Assembly (NCBI GenBank): GCA_039583695.1
Contig: JAVKSL010000009.1
Location: 118-64,117 of the forward strand
Direction of reading: 5' to 3'
Source of the DNA: Acidimicrobiales bacterium
GTDB lineage: Bacteria > Actinomycetota > Acidimicrobiia > Acidimicrobiales > JAJPHD01
Length of the DNA: 64,000 nucleotides
In this document: in pieces, positions 27,025-35,609 of the stretch
Layout of the letters: each line of letters opens with the position of its first letter
Numbering within the stretch: position 1 is the stretch's first letter
Position numbers and translations under genes: made by a program
The notes under the pieces: generated by a model
Database searches by the model: none
What the model saw: the letters and a program-made list of their open reading frames with translations, nothing else
What the model was told of the DNA's origin: nothing

Positions 27025-27837
27025 TCACCGTAGCTGGCCTGGTCCAGCGAGCACCACCGTGTCCCCGGCCACCAGCGCCAGCTCGGACTCCGAGCGGACC
27101 TGCTCGCCGTTCAGCAACACCTCGCCACCCAGGCCCGCCCCTGCCAGATCCGCAGCGCCCCCCAGGGTGGAGGCCCTCACCAGGACCCGCCGGCCTGCGT
27201 GCTCCACCGCCACCTCGGGCTCGGGCCGCTCCAGCGCGGCAGCGTACTCGTCCGGACGGTTCAAGTTGTGGATCGACTCCAGCTCGGGGTCCAGCGCCGC
27301 CACCTGCAGGTCGCCCAGCAGCCACCTCTCATCGGCCAGCCGGGTGGTGCAGCGCTCGAAGAGCGCCGAGACCCGACCCCGACCTCCGGCCAGAAGAGCG
27401 TCGACCTCGGCCAGCACCGACGGCCGGTACGCAGCGGCGAGGGGCTGCTGAAAGCCCCCCACAACGGGGGCACACGCCTCGAATCCCCCAGAGCACCCCT
27501 CGAGCACCCGACGCACGAAGGCCGGATGGAGAAATGGAGCATCTGTGCAGCAGACAAATGTGCCCTCGCACCTCCCGCGCGCCGCCGCCAGGCCAGCGGC
27601 GATCCCCGCCAGCGGCCCCTTGCCGGGCACGGCGTCGGTCACCACCCGGGTCCCGGCAGGAAGGCCGCCGAGCACCTGTCCCGGCGCGGCCACCACGATG
27701 ACCGGACCGTCCACTGCGCGGGCGACGATGCTCACCACCCGGCCCAGCAGGGTCGAGCCGTGCCAGGGAAGCGACGCCTTGTCGAGCCCCATCCTCGACG
27801 AGCGGCCGCCCGCCAGCACTATCCCCGCGCTGATCAA
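27025..27837 (-). CDS. mobA: molybdenum cofactor guanylyltransferase MobA with ~75-aa C-terminal extension (possible beta-grasp MoaD/ThiS-like domain)
   Basis: TTG start. MISAGIVLAGGRSSRMGLDKA...GPLAGI...CCTDAPF...HNLNRPDEY covers a full MobA. The extra tail reads ...VLVRASTLGG...VLLNGEQVRSESELALVAGDTVVLAGPGQLR. 4-nt overlap with the crtZ stop. Confidence 0.8.
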   Translation of the reverse strand: MISAGIVLAGGRSSRMGLDKASLPWHGSTLLGRVVSIVARAVDGPVIVVAAPGQVLGGLPAGTRVVTDAVPGKGPLAGIAAGLAAARGRCEGTFVCCTDAPFLHPAFVRRVLEGCSGGFEACAPVVGGFQQPLAAAYRPSVLAEVDALLAGGRGRVSALFERCTTRLADERWLLGDLQVAALDPELESIHNLNRPDEYAAALERPEPEVAVEHAGRRVLVRASTLGGAADLAGAGLGGEVLLNGEQVRSESELALVAGDTVVLAGPGQLR

Positions 27838-28307
27838 CTCTCCGCCAGCACCCTCATTTGAGCGGGGACGATGGGAAACAGCATCCCGTACGGCTCACCC
27901 CCGTAGAGATGATGAAAGCGGTGAGCCTCCTTGAGGCGTTCGAGCACCGCCACCCGCGGCGGGCGACCAAGCCGGGCATGGATATAGACGTCGTGCACCA
28001 GGCCGTACGCCGCCCCATACGCAGTGACCCCGCAACCGACGCTCAGCAGTGCGCGGAGCGACGAGCGGCGGCTCCCCGCGGCCATGGCGAGCACAGTGAG
28101 GGTGGCGAAGATGCACGGGAAGGCGTCATTGGCCTCCAGCGCCCCTGCCCGAGCCTCAAGCTCGGCGCCCCTGCCCTCGTGGTGACTGCGGTGGGCCACC
28201 CAGCCCACCCCGTGCATCACCCAACGGTGAGCCGCGTAGGTCGCGGGCTCCATGGCCAAGAAGCTGCCGATCCCGGCCAGGACGCTCTGCCTCATCTCTC
28301 GGCCCAT
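27834..28307 (-). CDS. crtZ: beta-carotene hydroxylase (CrtZ-type)
   Basis: C-terminal 157 aa of ORF 27834..29216. His boxes AHRWVMHG..WVAHRSHH, LVHDVYIH and AHRFHH. Aligns by eye with recalled Pantoea CrtZ. Start coordinate taken from the ORF-track frame (MGREMRQ...). Confidence 0.8.
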   Translation of the reverse strand: MGREMRQSVLAGIGSFLAMEPATYAAHRWVMHGVGWVAHRSHHEGRGAELEARAGALEANDAFPCIFATLTVLAMAAGSRRSSLRALLSVGCGVTAYGAAYGLVHDVYIHARLGRPPRVAVLERLKEAHRFHHLYGGEPYGMLFPIVPAQMRVLAES

Positions 28308-28328
28308 GCTATCCCCGCCGGCCCGCCC

Positions 28329-28385
28329 TCGATCTCGCCAGCGGTTGCACTTAGGCCCCTTTTTGGGGTCAAACCGCGATAACTC
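28329..28385. repeat. 57-bp direct repeat, copy 1 (identical to 32232-32288)
   Basis: ctcgatctcgccagcggttgcacttaggcccctttttggggtcaaaccgcgataact. Lies just upstream of the crtZ start. Confidence 0.9.
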
Positions 28386-28498
28386 CAGCATCTCTGGTGC
28401 CGGACTTCCGAAGCGGTTGCACTTAGCCCGCTTCAACAGCCCTGCTGCTAGATCTCGCAAGCAGTCGTGCTTGGCCACCTGTGCGGTGTTGCCTGGGC

Positions 28499-29473
28499 TC
28501 AGGTAGGCCCACCGCCTTTGAGCGTCGCGCTGGCACGAGGTGCCAAAATCGGCACGGGCCGCCTCCCCCCCCAGCTCATCAGCTCCGCCTGGATACTCGG
28601 GTCGACAACATCGCGGACGCGATCTGCCAGCAGGTAGGCCGATAGGGCGACGAGGCCGACGGCGAGTCCCGGGATGACCATCAACCATGGATCGCGCGCC
28701 TGGTAAGGCTCGGCAGCGCTCAGCATGTTGCCCCACTCCGGGGTCGGCGGGTTGACGCCGAGCCCAAGAAACGAGAATGACGCCACGCCGAGCAGGGCTC
28801 CGGCAAAGTCGAGGCCGAAGTACACAGTTAGCTCTCCTCGTACCCCTCGAAGGATATGGTGAACCATGATCCGCCCCCGAGTCGACCCAATGGCTCGGGC
28901 CGCATCGACGAAAGGCTGTTCCCGCAGGATCAGCACTCGTGCCCGTACGACTCGTGCGTATCCAACCCACCACGTGCTCACCATCGCGAGTATCAGGTTT
29001 CCAAAGCCCGGCCCCAGCACCGCGAGGATCGCAAATGCCACGAGGATGGCGGGCAGTGCCATGACCGAGTCCACGATGCGCATCATGAGGGTGTCGAGGA
29101 TGCCGCCGGTATAGCCGACCACGACGCCTATACCCGATCCAACCACCGCCGCCGCGACGGCCACGACCAAGGCGGCCCCCAGGCTCGCCCTGCCGCCATA
29201 CAGGAGACGGCTCCACTCGTCCCGGCCGAGCCAGTCGGTGCCCAACAGGTGTGACCAGCTCGGACCCGCGAAGCGCTGCATCACGTCGACCCTGTCGGGG
29301 TTGTAAGTGTGCAGGTATGGAGCGAGGAGGACAACGCTCCCCACGAGGGTGAGCGCCCCCACTGCGAACGCTCCGTGCGGGCTGCCGACGACGAGCCTGA
29401 AGGCGCGCGGTCTCCTCAGACTGACTCCGCTGACAGCTAGCCGCGTTCTCCTGGCTGTTACGAGGACGCTCAT
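28499..29473 (-). CDS. ABC transporter permease (DppC/OppC-like)
   Basis: 324 aa. BPD-transporter EAA-type region ...AARAIGSTRGRIMVHHILRGV.... Confidence 0.85.
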   Translation of the reverse strand: MSVLVTARRTRLAVSGVSLRRPRAFRLVVGSPHGAFAVGALTLVGSVVLLAPYLHTYNPDRVDVMQRFAGPSWSHLLGTDWLGRDEWSRLLYGGRASLGAALVVAVAAAVVGSGIGVVVGYTGGILDTLMMRIVDSVMALPAILVAFAILAVLGPGFGNLILAMVSTWWVGYARVVRARVLILREQPFVDAARAIGSTRGRIMVHHILRGVRGELTVYFGLDFAGALLGVASFSFLGLGVNPPTPEWGNMLSAAEPYQARDPWLMVIPGLAVGLVALSAYLLADRVRDVVDPSIQAELMSWGGRRPVPILAPRASATLKGGGPT

Positions 29474-29475
29474 GG

Positions 29476-30420
29476 CTATCCGACCGCCCTGCCTAGCCGG
29501 ACGCGAGGGTCCAGCAGCGGGTACGCGAGGTCCACGGCAAGGTTGACGACAAGGAACACTGTCCCCGCCAGCAGGATGAGCCCCTGGATCAGCGGGTAGT
29601 CTCGATCAAAGATCGCGGTGATGGTGAGCTGCCCCACACCCGGCCACGCGAAGATCTCTTCGACGATCACGGTACCGAGCATCAATCCCCCTGTGATCGA
29701 GCCCGCGAGGGTGACCACGACGGCGAGCGCGTTCGGCAGGGCGTGGCGGATCACGACGGCCGGCGTCGAGAGCCCCTTGGCACGTGCGGTGCGCACGAAG
29801 TCCTCACCCAGCACCTCGAGCAGGCTGGCCCGCATCACCCGCGAAAGTACGGCCATCGGTCCAAGCGCAAGCGTAAGCACGGGCAAAAACATGCTCGCGA
29901 GCCCGGCCTCGCCGACTGCGGGCAGCACGCGCAGCCGTACCGCGAACACCTCGATCAGGAGCAGACCCACCCAGAAGGAGGGAAACGACGCACCGGTGAG
30001 CGACATCACGCGAACCAGGTGGTCAAGGGGTGAGTCCCGCCAGAGCGCGGCAACGCTTCCCAGGGCCACTCCGCCGAGCAACGCCAGAGCTGCCGCCGGC
30101 AACGCCAATCGCAAGGTCGTCGGCAGCCGGTGCCCGATCTCCGTGACCACCGGCTCCCCCGTAAAGAAGGACGTCCCGAGGTTCCCGGTCACCACCCCTC
30201 CGAGCCAGTGCTCGTAGCGGATCAGGAAGGGGGCATCCAGGCCCCATTTACGCTCCTGCTGGACCACCTGAGCGGCCGTAGGCTCCTGACCCAGGCGCTG
30301 GAACAGGTAGGTCTCGACGGGATTGCCCGGAGCCAACGTCGTAAGGCCATAGGTGGCCAGGCTGAGCAGGAACAGGCTCGGCACGAACAGCAGCACGCGC
30401 CGGAGCGCGTAGCGCCACAC
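29476..30420 (-). CDS. ABC transporter permease (DppB/OppB-like)
   Basis: 314 aa: MWRYALRRVLLFVPSLFLLS...FVRTARAKGLSTPAVVIRHALPNAL. Confidence 0.88.
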   Translation of the reverse strand: MWRYALRRVLLFVPSLFLLSLATYGLTTLAPGNPVETYLFQRLGQEPTAAQVVQQERKWGLDAPFLIRYEHWLGGVVTGNLGTSFFTGEPVVTEIGHRLPTTLRLALPAAALALLGGVALGSVAALWRDSPLDHLVRVMSLTGASFPSFWVGLLLIEVFAVRLRVLPAVGEAGLASMFLPVLTLALGPMAVLSRVMRASLLEVLGEDFVRTARAKGLSTPAVVIRHALPNALAVVVTLAGSITGGLMLGTVIVEEIFAWPGVGQLTITAIFDRDYPLIQGLILLAGTVFLVVNLAVDLAYPLLDPRVRLGRAVG

Positions 30421-30461
30421 GGCCGGCTAGAGCGCTGCCGGGCGACGCGGGAGGGTTCCGC

Positions 30462-32126
30462 TCATCGCAGGTACACCTTGGTCCAGAGCTGGCTGGTTTC
30501 CGACGGGTGCAGCACCAGCCCGCCGACGGCCGGCTTCATGGCTGCCACGCGCCACAGCCCGGCATAGGCGATGACGATCGCATCGTCATACACCAGGGTG
30601 TTCATGAGCTCGGCCGAGTCGTGCTGGATTGCCGGTATGTCGCTGGCCGCCAGCGTCGTCTCGACCATGGCGTCAAAGCTGGCCCCGGGAGCGACCAGCG
30701 CCACAGCCGGGGACTTGGACTTGCTGTAGAACCGCAGCACGGGAAGGAAAGACGGGTCGGCGTCGTTCTGGTTGGGCAGCTCAAGGTCGATGTCGAACTT
30801 GCCCGCCTTTCGCAGGGCGCCATAAGAGGTGAAGTCGGGAACGTTATGGATAATCACCTCTATGCCGACCGCCTTGGCGCTCGACTGGATGAACTCCATG
30901 GCGGACAGATCGATCGTGGGCCAGCCGATCAATGCAAGGGACACGCGGCGGCCTCCCTTCGAGCGGATACCATCCGTACCAGCTGCATAACCATTTTGGT
31001 CCAGCAGTGCCGTCGCTTTGGCGTGACTGTAGTGGACGGCCTTGATGTACTTGGCGGCGGATCCGAGCACCGACAGGGGGCCCATTGCCGGGTCAGGGGT
31101 GGCGACCCCGGTCAGGACGTCGGCCGCAAGCTTCTCGCGACTTATGCTCAACGACAGGGCATGACGTAGGACGGGGTCGGACAGCAGGTCGTACGGGGCT
31201 TTGCCATGTATGTTCAAATAGCCCAGCAGCGTCTCCCCGACGCCCGAGTGGGTAGATGTCAACCCATACGTCGAAAGGCTCGACAGGCTGCTCGGCGGCG
31301 GGTCTAGCGTCACATCGACCTGGCCTGAGCGCAGGGCGAGCAGGCGCGCGTTCGGATCGGAGACAAACAGGGCCGTGAGGGTCGAGACCATTGCCGGTTC
31401 TCCCCAGTAGTCCTGAACCCGGGTCACGACGACCTTCTCATTTGGGGTGTAACTGCTTGCTGCGAAAGGACCGGTGCCCATCCCGTCGCTCGCCTGCGTG
31501 CCGTTCTTCATGATGCTGAGCTCAGGGTGAACAATCTGCAGCGGCAGATGAAGATTGGGTCCGGTGGGAGTGATGTCGACCGTGAGGCTGTCGAGAGCGC
31601 GCGCCGAGTCGTGCCCGATCATCGAGAACGAGCCCTGACCCCCTTGGGCGGCTCTGTTCATGGAGTACACCACGTCGGCGGAGGTCAGGGGTGACCCGTC
31701 GTGGAAACGGACGCCCGGGCGCAGGTGGAACCGCCATGTGTTGGGCGGGCGCAACTCCCATGACCGTGCAAGCGACGGCACCAAGCCGAATGTGTGGTCC
31801 ATATGGATCAAGGTGTCGAAGACGTTGACGTTGAACGGATATTGGTAGGTCGTAGACTTGACGCCGCTGCCTGACTCGGGCCACTGATCGGCCCCCGCCG
31901 CCATGGTTAGTGTCCCAAGGGTTCCCTTTGGGTGCTCTGCCGCCGAGTGGGCAGCAGGAGAGCCTCCGCAGGCAGCCAGCACGCCACCCCCCACGGCGGC
32001 TGTCACGGCAAGCCGAGCTCCTTGCTTCAAGAACTCACGGCGTGACTGCACCTGACCCGAACCAAGACTGGTCTTCGACCCAAGGCCCACGGTGCTCTGC
32101 TTAGCCTCGGCGATGGCATCGGACAT
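30462..32126 (-). CDS. ABC transporter substrate-binding lipoprotein, family 5 (peptide/nickel type)
   Basis: 554 aa. Tat-like signal SRREFLKQGARLAV..VLAAC (lipobox) and SBP_bac_5-like body. Confidence 0.85.
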   Translation of the reverse strand: MSDAIAEAKQSTVGLGSKTSLGSGQVQSRREFLKQGARLAVTAAVGGGVLAACGGSPAAHSAAEHPKGTLGTLTMAAGADQWPESGSGVKSTTYQYPFNVNVFDTLIHMDHTFGLVPSLARSWELRPPNTWRFHLRPGVRFHDGSPLTSADVVYSMNRAAQGGQGSFSMIGHDSARALDSLTVDITPTGPNLHLPLQIVHPELSIMKNGTQASDGMGTGPFAASSYTPNEKVVVTRVQDYWGEPAMVSTLTALFVSDPNARLLALRSGQVDVTLDPPPSSLSSLSTYGLTSTHSGVGETLLGYLNIHGKAPYDLLSDPVLRHALSLSISREKLAADVLTGVATPDPAMGPLSVLGSAAKYIKAVHYSHAKATALLDQNGYAAGTDGIRSKGGRRVSLALIGWPTIDLSAMEFIQSSAKAVGIEVIIHNVPDFTSYGALRKAGKFDIDLELPNQNDADPSFLPVLRFYSKSKSPAVALVAPGASFDAMVETTLAASDIPAIQHDSAELMNTLVYDDAIVIAYAGLWRVAAMKPAVGGLVLHPSETSQLWTKVYLR

Positions 32127-32231
32127 GTCTCTTCCTCTCTCACGGGTCGCTGAGCTCGCTCCTCGGGGCCAATATATCTCAATTTGCTAGACAGAGAAGG
32201 TATAGATGCGCTTGACATATACTGATTGAGG

Positions 32232-32288
32232 CTCGATCTCGCCAGCGGTTGCACTTAGGCCCCTTTTTGGGGTCAAACCGCGATAACT
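32232..32288. repeat. 57-bp direct repeat, copy 2 (identical to 28329-28385)
   Basis: Same 57-mer. Includes the last 5 codons and stop of crtYd (gttatcgcggtttga on the minus strand). Confidence 0.9.
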
Positions 32289-32593
32289 TCGCTTGGCCGG
32301 CGCCGCTCCCAGGCGGCTATCGCCGAGGTGACCAGGGCAAAGCCGTATGCGAAGTCCTCGAGCGGGATCCCGGGCCAGAGTCGCGTCCCCAAAATCTGCG
32401 CGGGGTCATAGCTGACTATCGGATCGGAGGTCTTGGCCAGCCATCCATCGACGGCCACCTGGAAACCCGCCACTATCGCCAACGAGATCCAATAGGACCG
32501 GCGTCTGAAGATGCCGCTGCGCCACCACGCCGCCTCGCAGGCCACGACACCAGCAGCCGCACCGAGGGCCGCGACGGTGTACTCACGCATCAA
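32273..32593 (-). CDS. crtYd: lycopene cyclase domain protein (heterodimeric CrtYd-type)
   Basis: 106-aa membrane protein ...GIPLEDFAYGFALV... of the lycopene_cyc domain type. Overlaps its partner gene by 11 nt. Confidence 0.75.
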   Translation of the reverse strand: MMREYTVAALGAAAGVVACEAAWWRSGIFRRRSYWISLAIVAGFQVAVDGWLAKTSDPIVSYDPAQILGTRLWPGIPLEDFAYGFALVTSAIAAWERRRPSEVIAV

Positions 32594-32900
32594 AGATCCG
32601 CCGGACCGCCTCGAGGGTAAGGATGGCGCAGGTGGGGATCACCACAAAGAATGCCAGCTCCTCGACCGGCAGGTGCCCGGGCAGGTCCCACCCGGTGGTC
32701 GTGCGAGGGTTGAAGCTCCAGTGACCCCGGGCAATTGCCGCCAGGTCCCAGGCAACGAACACCGCCACCGTCGGGCCCAGCGCGCTTGCGAGCCGGACCG
32801 GCTGGCGCCAGACCTTCGCTCCCAGGCACGCTTCCAGGGGCGCGGTCACCGCGGCGCAGGCCGCCACCAGGCCCAGGTACTGGAATTGGGAGCGCCTCAT
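32583..32900 (-). CDS. crtYc: lycopene cyclase domain protein (heterodimeric CrtYc-type)
   Basis: 105-aa membrane protein ...LPVEELAFFVVIP... (PxEE-type motif). Confidence 0.75.
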   Translation of the reverse strand: MRRSQFQYLGLVAACAAVTAPLEACLGAKVWRQPVRLASALGPTVAVFVAWDLAAIARGHWSFNPRTTTGWDLPGHLPVEELAFFVVIPTCAILTLEAVRRIFDA

Positions 32901-32981
32901 TGGCCGAGAGTACCGACGCGTACCGAGGCATCTGCCGGTAGACTCGGGCTGCGACGTACGACTCAGAGGGAGGCGAGCGAA

Positions 32982-33512
32982 TTGTCAGATAGCAACCGCG
33001 CTGACTTCGATCTCTTCGACGGCCAAGCCGTGTACTCGCCCCCCGGCGAACGGGGCCGGCACCGGGGAACGATCCGAGCCTCCGACGCCGATCGGGAGGC
33101 CGCTGCAGCTGCGCTGCGCCGCCACTACGCCACCGGGCGCCTGGACTCCGACGAGCTCAGCGAGCGCCTGAGCGCGGCCTACGCCGCCCGCACGCACGGC
33201 AGCCTGGACCAGCTGTTCGTCGACCTGCCAGCCGTACCTCCGCCGGCTCCCGCCCCCTACGTCCCCGCCCAGGTGCCGCGGCGGTGCGGACGCCGGTCGT
33301 GCCTGCCGGCGCTGGTGTTGCTGGGGATGTTCTGGGGCCTGGCTTCCGCCGGCCGCAGCGGGGTGGACCCAGTACTGGCTGGCTTCCTGGGGTTCGTCAC
33401 CATCTGCTTCTTGGTGCCCTTGGTGCTGGTTCGCTGGCTGCGCTCCACGGGAGCCCTCCGGGCTTTTCACGAGGCGGGCCGCCACTGGTCCTCTCGCCGC
33501 TCCCGCTGGTAG
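32982..33512 (+). CDS. DUF1707-type membrane protein
   Basis: ORF 32511..33512 trimmed to TTG 32982, preceded by gagggagg. IRASDADREAAAAALRRHYATGRLDSDELSERLSAAYAART is DUF1707-like, followed by two hydrophobic helices. Confidence 0.6.
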   Translation: MSDSNRADFDLFDGQAVYSPPGERGRHRGTIRASDADREAAAAALRRHYATGRLDSDELSERLSAAYAARTHGSLDQLFVDLPAVPPPAPAPYVPAQVPRRCGRRSCLPALVLLGMFWGLASAGRSGVDPVLAGFLGFVTICFLVPLVLVRWLRSTGALRAFHEAGRHWSSRRSRW

Positions 33513-33536
33513 GCCCGCAACCCGGCGGTTGGTTAG

Positions 33537-34202
33537 CTAGTGCGGGAGGCGGTCCAGGCTGACGACCCCTCCATCGACCATGACCTCGACCTTGCCCGTC
33601 CCGGCCACCCGCCACAACCCGTCGGGCTCACGGATCAGCGCGGTGCGCTCCTCGATCCCCACCAGCACCAGGCCCGGTGCCGCGAGATGCACGGTTCTGC
33701 ACACGCGGTGGTCAGACCAGCCGGGAAAGTGCGAGATCACCGCCAAGTTCTCGACGAGCCCCAGGCCCAAGGTGAAAGCTCCGCCGCGGGGGTCGACCAT
33801 TGGATCGGTGAGCACCATTGCCCCCGCAGACGAACCGGCGATGATCGCCCCTCCCGCCCAGGCCTGGCGCAGCGCTTCCCAACAAGCACTGCCCTTGAGC
33901 ACCGATCGCAGATGCAGGGGCGATCCGCCGCTCAGGTAGACGAACCTGGCGCCCCGAATCGCCTCGGCATTGGCCGGGTCCCCGGCGTCGGCGCGGCTGA
34001 GCACCATCAGACCCCGAGCCTGAGCCCCCAGGCCCCCAAACCAGCGTTGCGCCCAGGCAACCGCCAGCTCGGGGCGCTCGTAGGCGGCCGCGGTCGGCAG
34101 GACCAGCACCTCTCCCCCAGCGCGCTCGGCCAGCTCGGCGTCAAAGCTGCAGCCCTCACGCCACTCGCCCCCACCGACCAGGGCAACCGTGCCAGACATC
34201 AT
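33537..34202 (-). CDS. peptidase S51/cyanophycinase-like (class I glutamine amidotransferase-like fold)
   Basis: 221 aa: VALVGGGE...FVYLSGGSPLHL...GGAIIAGSSAGAMVL. Confidence 0.65.
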   Translation of the reverse strand: MMSGTVALVGGGEWREGCSFDAELAERAGGEVLVLPTAAAYERPELAVAWAQRWFGGLGAQARGLMVLSRADAGDPANAEAIRGARFVYLSGGSPLHLRSVLKGSACWEALRQAWAGGAIIAGSSAGAMVLTDPMVDPRGGAFTLGLGLVENLAVISHFPGWSDHRVCRTVHLAAPGLVLVGIEERTALIREPDGLWRVAGTGKVEVMVDGGVVSLDRLPH

Positions 34203-34250
34203 CGTGACGCTAGCGCGCGCTAGGGTGGGCGCCGCCGGAGCAGGAGGTGA

Positions 34251-35609
34251 GTGCTGAGCACCGTTATCGCTGGTCGTGAGTGGAAGCTGAGGTGGGGCGC
34301 ATCCGACAAGATTTCTAAGAGGCTTGTCGTCCTCCTCACCCTGATCGGCTTGGTTGGCGCCGGAGCGGCCATCGGCGTCACGCTCTACCGCCTCAGCCTG
34401 CAGGATCTGGGGGGGCCGAACGGTACGTTCGACCTGCGGGTCTACATGGCCGGAGCCCGGGCAGTGCGGGCGGGGCGGGACCTGTATGGCGCCGGGTTCG
34501 CCGCCGTCAGCCCACGGGGTTTTCCCTTCACTTACCCGCCGTTCGCCGCCATCGTGCTGGTACCGCTGTCGTACCTCGGGATCGCTCCGCTGGCGTGGGG
34601 TTGGGAGATCGTGACGTTCGCCGTCCTGGCCGGGTGCGTGAGCCTGGCGTTCGGACCCCTGCGTGACCGCCTCGGCTCGCCGTTCACCGTCCTTGTGCTG
34701 AGCGCCGTGGCGTTGCTGGCGCGTCCCGTGTACGACGACCTGTTGCTGGGCCAGGTGGACGTGCTGCTCATGGGGGCGGTGATGTTTGCCTGCTCGAGCA
34801 GGGTGTCACGGCCCTGGCGAGCCACCCTGGTTGGTTTGGCCGCGGCGATCAAGGTGGTGCCAGGGATCTTTATCGTCTACCTGCTCCTTGCCAGGCGGTG
34901 GCGCATGGCTTGGGCGGCGATCGGTGCCTGGACCGGGGCCACAGCCCTTGGCTTCGCCCTCCGACCACAGTCGTCGCTGCTCTACTACGGGCACCTGCTG
35001 TGGGAGCCAGGCCGGCCGGGATCCCCGACCTCCTTCCTCAACCAGTCGGTATGGGGGATGGTGGAAAGGGCGCACCTGGGCAGCTTGCAGCTTGCCGTCA
35101 TCGCGCTCGCAGTGGCGCTCCTGGCCGTTGTGGGCTTGGGTCGAGCCATTTCGGCGTGGCGCCACGGTCACACTGTTGCCGCCGCGGTGCTGGTCGGGCT
35201 GGTGGGTGTGCTGGCCTCGCCGATCTCGTGGATTCACGAGCTTGTTTGGCTGGTTCCCGCGGTCGGTGTCCTGCTCGGTGATGCCCGGCGCGCCCTCCGG
35301 GGGGACCTGCTGCGGCGGAGGGTGGCCGCGCTGGTCCTCGCGGGCTTGCTCTGGGCCAGCTTGCCCTACGTTGGCCACGATCTCGGCCACGGCGCGCTCG
35401 CGCAGCTGCTGACGGACACCTACGGCCTGGCGGCGGCGGCCCTGGTCCTGGCTGGGATCGGGGAGCGGGGAGCGGCCGAGGGGGACCGTGGGTCTGTCTG
35501 TGCCGACGCCGGGTCAGTGGCGAGGCCAGATCGGCAAGCAGCGGTCAGCCAGGGTGCCGAGGGCGTAGGTGGGGTAGCAACCCTGGAGCAGGCCCCGGCA
35601 CCGCTCTGA
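34251..35609 (+). CDS. GT87/DUF2029-family membrane glycosyltransferase (mannosyltransferase-like)
   Basis: 452-aa polytopic protein: DLRVYMAGARAVRAGRDLYG...FPFTYPPFAAIVLVPL. The 3' end overlaps the convergent gene by about 95 nt, so the true stop or frame at the end is uncertain. Confidence 0.75.
   Translation: MLSTVIAGREWKLRWGASDKISKRLVVLLTLIGLVGAGAAIGVTLYRLSLQDLGGPNGTFDLRVYMAGARAVRAGRDLYGAGFAAVSPRGFPFTYPPFAAIVLVPLSYLGIAPLAWGWEIVTFAVLAGCVSLAFGPLRDRLGSPFTVLVLSAVALLARPVYDDLLLGQVDVLLMGAVMFACSSRVSRPWRATLVGLAAAIKVVPGIFIVYLLLARRWRMAWAAIGAWTGATALGFALRPQSSLLYYGHLLWEPGRPGSPTSFLNQSVWGMVERAHLGSLQLAVIALAVALLAVVGLGRAISAWRHGHTVAAAVLVGLVGVLASPISWIHELVWLVPAVGVLLGDARRALRGDLLRRRVAALVLAGLLWASLPYVGHDLGHGALAQLLTDTYGLAAAALVLAGIGERGAAEGDRGSVCADAGSVARPDRQAAVSQGAEGVGGVATLEQAPAPL

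Noticed and set aside
28308-29216. The N-terminal ~300 aa of the 460-aa ORF 27834..29216.
   Set aside because: Only the last 157 aa match CrtZ. The upstream part is Arg/Gly-rich, spans the 57-bp repeat and overlaps the dppC-like gene in another frame.
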